A DNA stretch of 64,000 nt from Hemiscyllium ocellatum (taxonomy: Eukaryota). Location: contig NC_083424.1 in NCBI RefSeq assembly GCF_020745735.1, forward strand, positions 49,524,999-49,588,998. Reading direction: 5' to 3'. Under the pieces are notes generated by a model that made no database searches, had not been told where the DNA came from, and worked only from the letters and a program-made list of their open reading frames with translations. Shown one piece after another: positions 36,226-48,344 of the stretch. Every line of letters starts with the position of its first letter. Within the stretch, counting starts at the first letter, position 1. Made by a program: the position numbers and the translations under genes.

Positions 36226-38470
36226 GAGAAGACCACATTGGGAGCAGTGGATACAGTAAACTAGATTGGAGAAGTGGCAGGTGAACCTCTGTATCACCTG
36301 GAAGGACTGTTTGGGGCCCTAGACGGAGGTGAAGGGAGTAGTGTGCTGGCAGATTTTGCATCTTTTAAGGTTGCAGAGGAAGGGGGTTCAGGGAGGTTGG
36401 TGGGGTGAGTGGCATAAACCAACGATTGGCAAAGGGAACAATCCTTGTGTAAGGCAGAGAGGGGTCGGGAGGGGAAGGCGTTCTTTATGGTGGGGTCTAG
36501 TTGGAGTTGGCAAAAGGATGATGTGTTGGATGTGGAGACTTGTGGGGTAGTAGGTGAGGACAAGGGAGCCCTGTCTTTACTGCATTTGGCAGGGGAGGGG
36601 TTTTGTTCAGTGAAGCAGTAAATGGAGTTGCGAATGAGTTTGTCTGGATGACTGAGGGGGAACAGCACGCTGTTCAAAATAGGATGACATCTGGGACACT
36701 TAGAAGTGGAATATCTCCTCGCCTGAGCAGATGCAGACGAGGCTGAAGAATCAGAACCATGGGTGAGGTTCTTGCAAGATACTTGGTGGGAGGAGATGTA
36801 GCCTAGGCAGTTATGAGATTCTGTGGGTTTATAGTAAGTGTCAGTCTGTTCTCCAGTGTAGACTGACACTGGAGGTAGAAATGGAGAGGTCAAGGAAAGG
36901 GAGGGAAGTGTCCAAGGTAGAACAAGTGAATTTAAGGGCAGAGTGGAAGTTGTTGGTGAAGTTGATAAACTTCTCCAGTTCAGCCTGGGAGTAGGATGCT
37001 GCACTGATGCAGTCATCAATGTAAATGTGGAAGAGTTGAGGCACAATGCCTATGTAGGTACTGAAGAGGGATTGTTTGACATGGCTGACAAAGAGGCAGG
37101 AGTAACTAGGACCCATCTCAGTGTCCATGGCCAACCCCTGGATTTGGAGAAAATCGGAAGAGTTAAAGGAAAGGTTATTAAGGGTAAGGACCAGTTCAGT
37201 GAGATGGAGGAAGGTATTGGTGAAGGGGGACTGGATGGGTCTGTTGGAGAAGAAGAAGCTGAGGGCCTGAAGGCCATCCTTGTGGGCTATGAATATATAA
37301 GGAGTGTGCATCCATAATGAAGAAAAGGTGCTGGAGGCTGGGGAGCTGGACGTTACTGAAGAGGTGGAGTGCACAGTTAGTTTCATGGATGTAGGTGGGA
37401 AGCGTCTTCACCAAGGAGGAGAGGTTGGAGTTGAGGATGAAAGAAATGGGTTCAGTGGGGCAGAAGCATGCAGAGATGATGGGTTGGCTGGGAGCTTGTG
37501 GATCTTGGGGAGCAGGTAGAATCAGATAGTGCAGAGCTGGGGGTATAAGGCTGAAGGTAGTGAAGGGGAGATCAATGGAGGCAATAAGATCATGGACAGT
37601 GCGAGTGATTTTGGCCTGATGGTCAAGATGGGGTTATGGTCAAGGGGTAGGTAGGATGTGGTGTTGGAGAGCTGGCGTCTGTCTTCTGTGACATAGAGGT
37701 CTGTCCTCCAGACTGCCACCACTCCACCTTGGTCAGCAGGTTTGATGATAAACCAGGGATTGGTCCAGAGGGAATGGACCACTGCATGTTTGGAGGGGGT
37801 GAGGTTGGAATGAGTGACACAGGTGGAGAAATTGAGACAGCCTACGTCACGTTGGCAGGCAGAATTATACAGATTAGGGGCAGATATAAGGCCAATGGGG
37901 GGTATCCAAGTGGAAGAGGAAGATTGGAGCTGGGAGAGTGGTTGGGAGTCTTTGTTACAGAAGAGGACATGGAGGCGGGAGGCAGCAGAAGAAGAGCTCC
38001 ATGTCATGCCGGGTACAGAATTTGTTGATGTGAGGTGGATGGGCACAGCTGTGAACCCTTTACTGAAGACAGACTTTTCAGACTCAGAGAGTTCAAGGTC
38101 AGTGGGGTGAACATGTGGCAAGGCTCATGGGTGGGATTTTGACAGGGTCCTGAAGAGGCAAAGGAGAGGAAAGGTTACAGGCAATAGCATGTGATGGCTG
38201 AGGGTTCGATATGATTTGGTAGTGGGAGGACTTGTGGGAAGGAGTGGAGAGTGGGAGAAGGTTTGGGGATTAGGTGCAGGGAGGAGCACAGGGAATGAGA
38301 TGGAGAGGAAGAAGAAAAGCCAATGAGTTGGCAGGCATTGTGGGGATGGATGGGTGAGGAAGTAGAGCTGGTGTGCTATTTGGTTGAAGTTAGGCAGTCG
38401 GACCCAGGGGTGACTCTGGGAGTTGGAGTCCAGCCTTGGTTGCAGAGTCAGAAGTGGAGGAAGCTGGAGG
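36226..38470 (-). mobile_element. Penelope-like element body (RT + GIY-YIG N-half), decayed
   Basis: LSESEKSVFSKG, IKPADQGG, QIQGLAMDTEMGPSYSCLFV, YIDD, TDTYYKPT and FTCHFSNLVYCIHCSQCGLL motifs. Confidence 0.9.
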
Positions 38471-38479
38471 AAAGCCATG

Positions 38480-39460
38480 GGCCAAGATCCACTGCACCTC
38501 GTCCATTGCGCACTTCACTGCTCTAAACCATCTCTCAACAAAGATAGGGTTCCCCATTGTACTCACTTACTACTCAACCAGTCTCCGCATTCAACGCATC
38601 GTCATTAAACACATTTGCCAACTCTAACTAAAACCCACCACTGAGAACATCTTCCCTCTTCAACCCTCTCTGCCTTCCACAAGGACTGCTCCCTTCGCCA
38701 ATCTCCTCACCAACACCCCCCCCCCACCCTTGAGCCCCAAGGTACCTTCCCCTGCAACTGTTAAAGCTGAAAAACCTGCTGGAACACCCTCCCCTCACCC
38801 CATCTAGGACCCTAATCAGTCCTTCGAGGTGAGACAGAGGGTCACCTGCCTCTCCTCTAACCTAGTTTACTGCACCCGGTGTGGTCTTCCCTGCATCAGG
38901 GAGACCAAAAGCAAACTCCGGGCACATTTTGCTGTGCATCTCAGTTAGGCCCGCAGGGATGATCTGACCTACCACTCACCATCCATTGTAAGTCCCCATC
39001 CCACTCCCTTTTTGACATCAGACCGCAAATTGGAGGAATAACACCTCACCTTCTGCCTGGGCAGCCTACAGCCTTATTAGTCAACATTGGATTCTCCAAT
39101 CTCAAATAACCTCACTTCCCATTTCCTGACTTCCTTATCCACCATTCCCCACTTCCATGACTCTCGTTGACCCTTCTTTCCAGCTAATAACTGGATTCAT
39201 TCTTTCCATCAACCAACCAGGTCGTACTCTCTATCTGTGTAGACCTATCAGTACCTTACCATTCCGCCCCTCTCCCCACCCAAAACCCTTCCCGATCCCC
39301 CTTTAACTGCAGTTCCCCTTACACTTACCCCTCCCCAGTTCTGATCAAGGGTTACACCCAAAACATTGACTTCTCCATTTCCTGATACTGCTCAGCTTGC
39401 TCTGTTCTTTCAGCTTCCTGCTTGTCGACCTTGGATTGCAGCGTCTATAGTTTCTTCATC
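38480..39460 (+). mobile_element. Inverted partial Penelope copy (GIY-YIG + 3' end) abutting the 5' end of the - strand element
   Basis: VRQRVTCLSSNLVYCTRCGLPCIRETKSKL on the + strand; decayed hammerhead motif near 39345-39380. Confidence 0.8.
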
Positions 39461-39559
39461 CCAAACTAAGGTTAAAATTATTAATGGCTACGTGTGTGAT
39501 TGGAGAAAGTGAAATTTCTTGACATGCTGGTTTAAAACAACACCTAACTAATGAAAATT

Positions 39560-40305
39560 TGTTGACCTGGATTTTGCAACCTGCAGGGAATATTTGCCAT
39601 TCATGACCCTACAGACGTGCCCACAGACACCCACACGCATCCTTATAGACACACACAGTCCCACACTCACACATGCACCCCCTCACAGACTTAAGACACT
39701 CTGCACTCACTACACACACACACACATACACTTTCTCACACTCACAACCCCCAACCCAGACAGACAAACACACACACACAGACAGGCAAAGACACACATG
39801 CACACATATATTTTGTGGGCTAAATTTGTACTTTCAGGGTTACATTGTACTTTGCTCAAAAACTGCATACATTCATGTAGAACTCTGAGCTCAAAATCTG
39901 CATGAATTTATGTAAAACTGTTATCTCTCTTTTTAGATTAGAATCAATCTAAACATCATGGCATAGACAGAGAACACAAGGGGGCAACACCTTCAACATA
40001 TTGTCTAGCTATCACCATTGTTAACAGCTAACCTGAGAATGCAACTTTAAAAAGAAGGGTTTTGTGATTTATACATGAAAGAAGTGAAACTATCACTGTA
40101 TTCTAACAGATGCAAAGCTTAACAGACAATCAATTTTTCAATGTATAATTTCAGTTACATCACACTGAAAAGTTTTGCTATAAATTCTGTGTTACGATTG
40201 AGCCCTCCACTATCACCTGATGAAGGAGCGTCGCTCCGAAAGCTAGTGTGCTTCCAATTAAACCTGTTGGACTATAACCTGGTGTTGTGTGATTTTTAAG
40301 TTTGC
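39560..40305 (+). mobile_element. Non-coding Penelope-derived element with CA-rich head and intact hammerhead motif
   Basis: Same family as 11785-12265 and 12965-13556. Confidence 0.7.
40214..40248 (+). ncRNA. Minimal type I hammerhead ribozyme motif
   Basis: CAC | CTGATGA | A | GGAGC-GTC-GCTCC | GAA | AGCT | A | GTG: complete catalytic core, 5-bp helix II, palindromic 4-nt helix III, 3-bp helix I; predicted cleavage after 40245. Confidence 0.75.
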
Positions 40306-40479
40306 ACACTAACCTTGGTTGGATGGGAAACAGTCTATTGTGCAGTTAACACAGATACAACCTTAAGTTCTTTCCTACACAACTGAATGTCTGGGAAAGT
40401 ACTGAAAGTACTATGAAATGGTGATACAATATGCAACATTAGATTCGGGACAGTATTAATATCAGGGACTTTGCCCCAC

Positions 40480-41400
40480 TCTTTGGACTTTCACCATTAG
40501 TCTAGGGTCCTTGAGACCAGTGCCATGGAAACTGGTAGCTCCTAGTGCTATTGCCACCAGTCCCCGATGAGCTGGAAAGTCATGAGACTCATTAGTTTGC
40601 AGATGTATAAAATAGTTTAAGCTCGTTAATTTGCTCATTAGTTTGTTTATATATTAAGTAGATTAAGCTTATAAATTTGCTATGTATTGAAGCGCAGGTC
40701 TTTTTTTTATTCATTTTTATCAGACTTTAGAAAACCGTTAGATTCTGTCAGCCTCCCAACACACCCTTCACATTTTCATGATTTCTTCCGGTTTGATTTA
40801 AGATTCTAGTTTCTGTTTGAACACCTCATTCACAAACTTAATGCAAAACTCTGTCTTGTTGTGGTCACTCTGTCCTAAAATCTCCTTTAGAACAAGATTG
40901 TTACCTTCATCGCCATCTCGATCTATTGCCTTGCCATTTTTATTTAATTTACACAATTACCATGATTATTCTCCATCTATTGAGTTTTAAGCTCTGAATG
41001 CATTCAATACATTTTCTCTAATCTTATGTAGGCTATGTTACATGTCTTAGGTAATACCCAGAGATTATGACCTTTGGGGTTCTGATTTGTAATTTCGTGC
41101 CTGGATCATCATCCCGCTTATGGAGAGCCTCTTATCCAGTCTTACCTGAGTCTTTGTCACTTAGGTGACCAATGACAAAAGGACTCTCCCCCTGCCACTG
41201 TAGGTTTTCTCCAGTTATCAAATTTCTCAACTGCTGAATCAGTACTTCTCCCTGGTGAGCGTCACTTGTAAAGAACATTCTGTGCAGCAGAAATGTAGAT
41301 TCTTGTAGCCGAGATGGGTATATCTTTGTACGTCATGAAGAATGGATCAGCAATGTCACCTCTGTTTGCCATGACCCAAAGAACATAGTTGTAGAATGGG
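40480..41400 (-). mobile_element. CR1 ORF1 (esterase) relic
   Basis: The - strand reads ...KLQIRTPKVIISGYY, similar to the esterase segment of the young CR1 ORF1. Confidence 0.5.
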
Positions 41401-43254
41401 TAGTTGTCGGAGAATCGTCCAATTATAAATTGAGGCCGCACACAAATCTTGTGAAATTGACGAATACTGGTTTATTTCTCACGATATAGTGGGGAAGAGA
41501 AATTGACAGGACTGGTTGAGAACGGACACTCTGTACAGTTAAATCAAGGATTTTCTTCCCGGAGCTGCAGATGCAGACAGTTTTTGTACTGTTACAGTAG
41601 TGTAGTATTAATTACAAGACAATATGAACTAAATTACATTCAATGGAAAACGATCAGTTGTCCGGTAGTAGCAATCAGGTAATAATTAAAGCAGGAGGTT
41701 CCTCTGCTAGAGCAGTTGCCAAAGTCCAGTATCCTGGTTACAATGGGTCTGCAGGGTGTGTGCAATCTTGTCAGGTATCTGGGTGCCACTCAGTCTCGGG
41801 TAGGCTTTGTGGGACTTCAGTACCTGAGGAGACTAGGGATTCCCTCGAGATTGCAGGAGCGGTGATGGTATTGTGAGGTAGTGAGTCTGTTATCAGAACA
41901 TCTCAGGAGTGTACTCCTTCAACTTGGAAGCTATTTAGGTGATGCCTTGTTTTGCCGTTTAGTCCCTGAGCTGATTGTTGTCAAGTTGAGGTCTTATGGG
42001 TATGCTCTATTTAGCTAAGAACAGACATGGCTTCTGTGACCTAGTAGTGGGCAAGCAGAGTGGTTTAATTTTCGCCCACAGTAGCGATAGCACAAATGGA
42101 AGGGAAACCTCTTATCTACTGCACTTCATATCTTGCATGCATGCTTGGTGGCATAGGCAATCAAGTGTTTTAAGTGCTTTTAATCTATAAAGCTGTAATG
42201 AGGTCTAGGGTTAAGAGGTCCTAGTGAAACCCAAATTTACATACTTGACCAAATTATCAGTAAATGGGTCAGACGTGACATTGCCAATTACTGACACCTG
42301 GGTTGGGATTGCGGTGAGTAATTATCTAATAAGGGAAGCTGAACAGGCTGGGTTTTATCCGTTGGACTTTAGAAGAATGAAAAGTGATCTTTTGAAACTT
42401 ATGCATTCCTGAAGGGACTTAACAAGGTGGATTTTTATCCTTTTGGAAGAAACTGAAACAAGAGATGTGGTTTAAAAATAATGAGTCTCCCAGTTAAAGC
42501 AGGGATGAGTAGTTGGAACTCTCTTCTGCAAAGAGTGCTTGCAGCCATGTAATTGAATGTTTAAGGCAGAGATGAATAGACTCTAGGCTAAAAAAAAATG
42601 GCTATCTGAGAAAGTTAGGAACGTGGAATTGAGAGCATAGTCCACTGAAAAACAGGCTGGTCTAAGGAGTTGATTCTAATTTGTAAGTTCATGTGATAGT
42701 ATTAATAACTTTCATGCTGAGTTCTTTGTTCACTGTTAGGAAATATTATGTTCTGTTTTTGTCGTGCTGGGTGTGGTGCAGGGTTGGAAATTTTCTTCAT
42801 TGTTGTGTGGATGGCACTGTTACAATGTACTGGAGCAGCTTGACACGAGCCCAGCGAGATCTGGAGAATATTTCTTCAACATTAATACTATGCAGGTACT
42901 GCAAGCAATTGGGATGGCAATGAAAGTTTGACTTTTATTATAAAGGGACAAAGAACACTTGTTACACTTTAAGAGGTTACAGTGAGACCACGTTGGTATT
43001 ATTGCTTGCAGGTTGCCCTGCTCACTGAAAAGCATTGGAGGCAGTGCAGCCAAGGTTCACCAGATTGGTTCCCGGGATGAGTTGATTGAGCAAAATGGGT
43101 CTATTTTCTCTGACGTTTTAATGAGAAAAGTACAAAATTCTGAAGGGTAGTTGTAGGAAGGATGCTGCAAGTTTGTTTCCAGTAATGTGGGGGTCTAAAA
43201 TGCAGGACTAGTCTCAGGATAAGGGGCCAATCATTGAGAAGAAAGTGAGGACTG

Positions 43255-43860
43255 AAAATGCTAGAGATCAGAGTAAAAACGTGTGGCACTGGAAAAACAC
43301 AGCAGATCAGGCAGCATCCGAGGAGCAGGACAGTCAATGTTTGGGGCATGAGCCTTTTATGGGGAATGTGGGAGGGGGGAGGGCAAGCTGTCTGAGAGAT
43401 AGATGGGATGGGTGGGGCTGGAGAGAAGGTAACTTGGAAGGTGATAGGTAGATGAAGGTGGGGTGATGGTGATAGGTCAGAGCAGAGGGTGGAGCGGATA
43501 GGTGGGAACGAAGATGGACTGTTCAAGAGGGCGGGGGGGGGGGTGCCAAGTTCATGGATTGGATCTGGGATAAGGTGGAAGGAGGGGAGAGGAGGGAACT
43601 GGTGAAATTGACATTGATCTCGTTTGATTGGAGGGTCCCAAGGTGGAAGATGAGGTGTTCCTCCTCCCGGTGTGAGGTGCCTTGGATTTGGCAGTGGTGG
43701 AGGCCAGGACTGGCATGTCCTTGGCGGAGTGGGAGGAAGAGTCGAAGCGGTTGGTCACAGGGCAGTGGGGTTGTTGGGTGTGTGTGTCCTGGAAATGTTA
43801 CCTGAATCATTCCACAAAGTTGGCGTTCAGTCCCCCCAGTGTAGAGGAGACCACATCGCC
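43255..43860 (-). mobile_element. Penelope-like 3' fragment
   Basis: EEEHLIFHLGTLQSNEINVNF (GIY-YIG C-terminus) plus the terminal repeat shared with 31580-31700. Confidence 0.75.
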
Positions 43861-44077
43861 AATCATTTCAGATGGAGATGAAGTTAAATTGCTTAACTGT
43901 GATTTCTGTGTTCCAAAGGATGTAATCGTTGGATGTAAATCGTTCCACAGTGTTGTATCTGTCACTCACGTGTTGGCTTATGCTGTTAAATGACAAAACC
44001 TTCAGGTTGCACACGACATGAGCCTGGGTCTGATCTGTGGCTGAAGATCCTGAACTCTGTCTCAGTGTCATCTGAAT

Positions 44078-44263
44078 CATAGAAACATAGAATTCCTACA
44101 GTGTGGAAACATGACCTTCGGCCCAGCAAGTCCACACCGACCCTCCGAAGAGTATCCCACCCAGACCTACACCCCTACATTTACCCTGCCTAATTCACCT
44201 CGCCTACACATCCCTGAACACTGTGGGCAATTTAGCGTGGGCAATTCACCTCACCTGCACATC
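44078..44263 (-). mobile_element. 3' half of an HE1-related SINE
   Basis: CAGTGTGGAAAC...GGCCCAGCAAGTCCACACCGACC similarity to the SINE 3' end; no tRNA head. Confidence 0.7.
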
Positions 44264-44334
44264 GATATGTGCCTCATGTTGAGATGTTCGTGGGTCTACA
44301 AGGTCAGATCTAACTTTTATTAATGGCTGTTATA

Positions 44335-45490
44335 GAGTCATAAAGATGTACAGCATGGGAACAGACCATTCAGTCCATCCCGACCAGATTTCCCAACCCA
44401 ATCTAGTCCCACCTGCCAGCACCCGGCCCATATCCCTCCAAACCCTTCCTATTCATATACCCATCCAAATGCCTCTTAAATGTTGCAATTGTACCAGCAT
44501 CCACCACGTCCTCTGGCACCTCATTCCATACACGTACAATTCTCTGTGTGAAAAAGATGCCCTTTAGGTATCTTTTATATCTTTCCCTTATCATCCTAAA
44601 CCTATGCCCTCTAGTTCTGCACTCCCTGACCCCAGGGCAAAGACTTTGCCTCTTTACCCTATCCATGCCTCTTATAATTTGTAAACCTCTATGAGGCTGT
44701 TGATGCTCCCTTATACTACTTATTGGACCAGGTGAAGCTAATGCGATGGATATGGCAGGCTGATTTACAGAATATCATAGAGTCATAGTCATATAGATGT
44801 ACAGCATGGAAACGGACCCATTGGCCCAACTTGTTCATCCTGACCAGATATCCGAAATTAATCTAGTCCCATTTGCCAGTATTTGGTCCTTATCCCTCTA
44901 AACCTTACCAATTCATATATCCATCCAGATGCCTTTTAAATGTTGTAATTGTACCAGCCTCCAATACTTCCTCTTGCAGTTCATTCCATACACTCATCAC
45001 CCTCTGTATGAAAAAGGTGCTGCTCAGGTCCCTTTTAAATCTTTCCCCTCTCTCCCTAAATCCTGTAGTTCTGGACTTCAGCCCAAGGAAACAACCTTGT
45101 CTATTTATCCTTTCCATGCCCCTCATGATTTTGTAAACCTTAATAAGGTCATCCCTTACCCTCCGATGCTCCAGAGGTAATAGCCCCAGACTATTCAGCC
45201 TCTCCTTATAGTCCAAGCCCTCCAACGCTGGCAACAACCTTGCAAATCTTTTCTGAAACCTTTCAAGTTTCACAACATCCTTCCGATAGGAAGGAGACCA
45301 GAATTTCACACAATATTCCAAAAGTGGCCTAACCAATGTCCAACTATTATATGACGTCCCAACTCCTTTACTCAATGCACTGACCAATAAAGACAAGCAT
45401 ACGAAATGCCTACTTCACTATCCTGTCTACCTGTGACTCCATTTTCAAGGAACTATGAGCCTGTACCCTATGGTCTCTTAGTTCAACACC
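44335..45490 (-). mobile_element. Two adjacent CR1 3' fragments
   Basis: WNEVPEDVVDAGTIATFKRHLDGYMN and RPLLEYCVKFWSPSYRKD on the - strand; tails at ~44335 and ~44773. Confidence 0.85.
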
Positions 45491-45559
45491 ATCCCCCAGG
45501 ACCTTACCTCACCTAAGCCCATGACTTGGGCCCATTTTGGTTTGATGGACCCAACACAC

Positions 45560-45800
45560 GTTCATGTGCAGAGGTCCTCACACTCCCCATCCGCTCCCCC
45601 CTCCCCCCACTTTGCGCACACGCACACACCCACACAGACACACGCACACTCATATACACATATAATCACACAAACACGCACTGGCTCGAAGGGTAGAATG
45701 GCCTACTCCTACACCTATTGTCTATTGTCATTCATATACACACTTTCACACACACATACACTCATACGCAAACTCATTCAAACACACACATACACTCTCC
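45560..45800. repeat. CA-rich low-complexity tract
   Basis: Interrupted (CA)n runs. Confidence 0.7.
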
Positions 45801-46805
45801 CAATTCTGCCCCTTCACACAGTTTTGTCAGGAGAATTTTTGTTTTTAGTCGATTATAAAATATGCAGGAAAAGGAGCTTCTGTGCTGTATATCTCCGTCT
45901 TCAATTATTCATCATTTTCTTTTTTTAAATTACTTCTGCTTCCACCGTGCGAATGCATGGACAGCCACATTGCATTCTGCATAATCAGTCCGATCTGCAA
46001 AGTATTGCTCGATGATTTTCCTGTCTCAAGTCGTCTCCCCTTCTTTTGACATTTCTTTAAAAATCAATCTATTTATGGATGTTCCTACACAAGTATGGAG
46101 CAGTGGGACTTAAACCTGGGTCATTTGGCTCAGAGGTAAGGTCACTAGCACCGTTCCAATTGCTTTAATTCTGATTACATGTACTCTGTTTAACGATCTT
46201 TCTGTCGATGAAACGGTTTCTGCTCATTTACTTTGTTGGAATATTTCGTGAACGTGGACATTTCAATCAAATGCTTCTTTAATATCTTATTTGTTCTTCA
46301 GGGAAATAATCCCAGTTACTTATGTTTGTACCAAAGTACAATATTTTATTCTTGGCACCGTTCCCGCAAATGTCCTCTGTATCCTCTCTCTGCAATAATG
46401 TGATGTGGAGGAGCCGGTGTTGGACTAGGGTGGACAAAGTCAAAAATCGCATCACACCAGATTACAGTCCAACAGGTTTGTTTGGAAGAAATAACGTGAA
46501 GCGCCCAGAATTGCCTGAGATGTTCTGGCTGGGTCCGAGCTTTTGATTTGTAAAGGATTAGAACAAATGTCTTGCGTTTGTTCTTCTCACTCCCTACGAC
46601 CACGCCAAAGATTCCTGGTGCATTTTTTTTTAAAAAAAGCTTACTCAAAAGTCCCTTCGCTTTCGAAAACGTATGCATGTACATCTTCAGAGCTTTCTGT
46701 TCCTGATTGGCCTTAAAGTTATGATCGTTAGCCTAGAAAAACTAATTTTCTCTTCGCAAAGGAATGACTTTAGAATCCTCCTGTGTTTTAATTAAGCCGT
46801 CTTGT

Positions 46806-47144
46806 TTTTTTTTTGCCCCCCACACTACCGCCTAACTGCGGTAGTGCTTTTTTTTTTCCCCAGCACCCATGTTGTGTGCGTACTAGTGCGAGACACAGTG
46901 AAAAGACACAAGGTGCACGAATCTTTATTCAATTTGCACCACCAGGAAGAAAGGAAACACCCAAGTGACCAGTGACAAGCAGTGCCCTTCACATCAAAGG
47001 GCAATGCTGTGTGATCAAACAGTGATGGGGAGGGCAGGGATTAAATCAAAATAGAATTGGAGGGGAAATAGTGCACTCCACTCCCTGCGGCGCCCACCTC
47101 TCCCTGAACAGCTCAAGGGTGTTGGTGGACACCGCGTGCTCTTC
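46806..47144 (-). mobile_element. 5'-truncated Tx1/L1-like LINE with poly(A) tail and 11-bp TSD
   Basis: - strand EEHAVSTNTLELFRERWAPQGVEC (Tx1-type ORF2 C-terminus); poly(T) on + at 46805-46814; direct repeat AGCCGTCTTGT at 46795-46805 and 47145-47155. Confidence 0.8.
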
Positions 47145-48081
47145 AGCCGTCTTGTATCTGTAATTGCCAATATCCCTATTGTAATATGAGTTAATTCATT
47201 TCCATGCAACATCAAGTTTCACGAAATGCAACGAACTCGAAGATAAATCTGTTTTATACCATTAAAAACAATACTAACATGAAGAGTAAAACTGTTTAAT
47301 GAATCTTGCTGTAGTACGTGCTGAAGGAAACATTTATTTTAAGAAAAGCTATCAATTAGATTCGACTTTCTCTGGTAACTGTATCTAGTAAAGACGATTC
47401 AAATCAACGGTAGTGTGCTTCATGTCTTTGAGTTGTTCACAAAAGAAGGTTAATTGTAAGTTTATTTTAAGAATGTACTTGAATTTCATTGATTGGTTTG
47501 AATGTGTAAAAGCATTGCCTACACTTTGAAATAAAATAAAGAACTGCGGATACCAGCGATTTGAAGCGAACTGTCACTGGACTCGAAACATTGATTCTGC
47601 TGTCTCTTTTCATGGATGCTAACAGATCTACTGAGTTTTTCCAGCAATTTCTGTTTGCGTTTCAGATTTCCAGCGTACACATTTAATTTATTTTATTTTT
47701 AATCTGAAGGGTGACTGGACTCGGTGCATTAATTCTGCTCTCTCTCTCTCTCTAGATGCCGAGTTTCTCCAACAAATTCTGTTTATTTTGAAAAGGTCAG
47801 GAACAATGATCAAAGTCTCTTTCAAATGCTTATATCTGATTTGTAGAAAAGGAAAGATCCAAATATATATTTCAGTATATTTGTTAAAACAATAATTTCT
47901 TTGTACCGTGTACAAAATGCACGCATTTCTAAAAAGGTACCGCACTTACTGAAGTATTTTGTGAGTTGGTTTGGCATTACTAACATACATCCGTTATGAT
48001 ACCCACTGTTAGCATGTCTCGTTTAGAAGTCATGTGACTGGGAGGGCTGAGCATGATTATTCGTGGTCAACAGTCAGCTTC

Positions 48082-48126
48082 ATTTGCATAATGAAGAACC
48101 ATGTCGTGCGGTGTCACCATTAAAAG
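48082..48126 (+). promoter_or_regulatory. IgL cluster 2 promoter: octamer and TATA-like box
   Basis: ATTTGCAT at 48082-48089, 124 nt before the ATG, followed by AATGAA as in cluster 1; CATTAAAA at 48118-48125. Confidence 0.85.
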
Positions 48127-48205
48127 CATTGATAAGGCAAAGCGAGACGGGCAAACAATACTTTCTAGTAACCTGGCGACGTGTCTGAGTGTCACTCATA
48201 TCATC

Positions 48206-48254
48206 ATGTTTCATTGGGAGCGTGTCATCACAACGCTGCTCATCGGCGCAGTCT
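48206..48254 (+). CDS. IGL: IgL cluster 2 leader exon (MFHWERVITTLLIGAV, phase 1)
   Basis: Paralogous to 16168-16216; T|GTAAGT donor, 90-nt intron, GCAG acceptor at 48344. Confidence 0.92.
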
Positions 48255-48344
48255 GTAAGTATTCAACAAACTTCACTGACTGATGGGAAGTGACGATAAT
48301 GATCAACTGAAGCCTCCCCTCTGACTCTGCTCCACATTTTGCAG

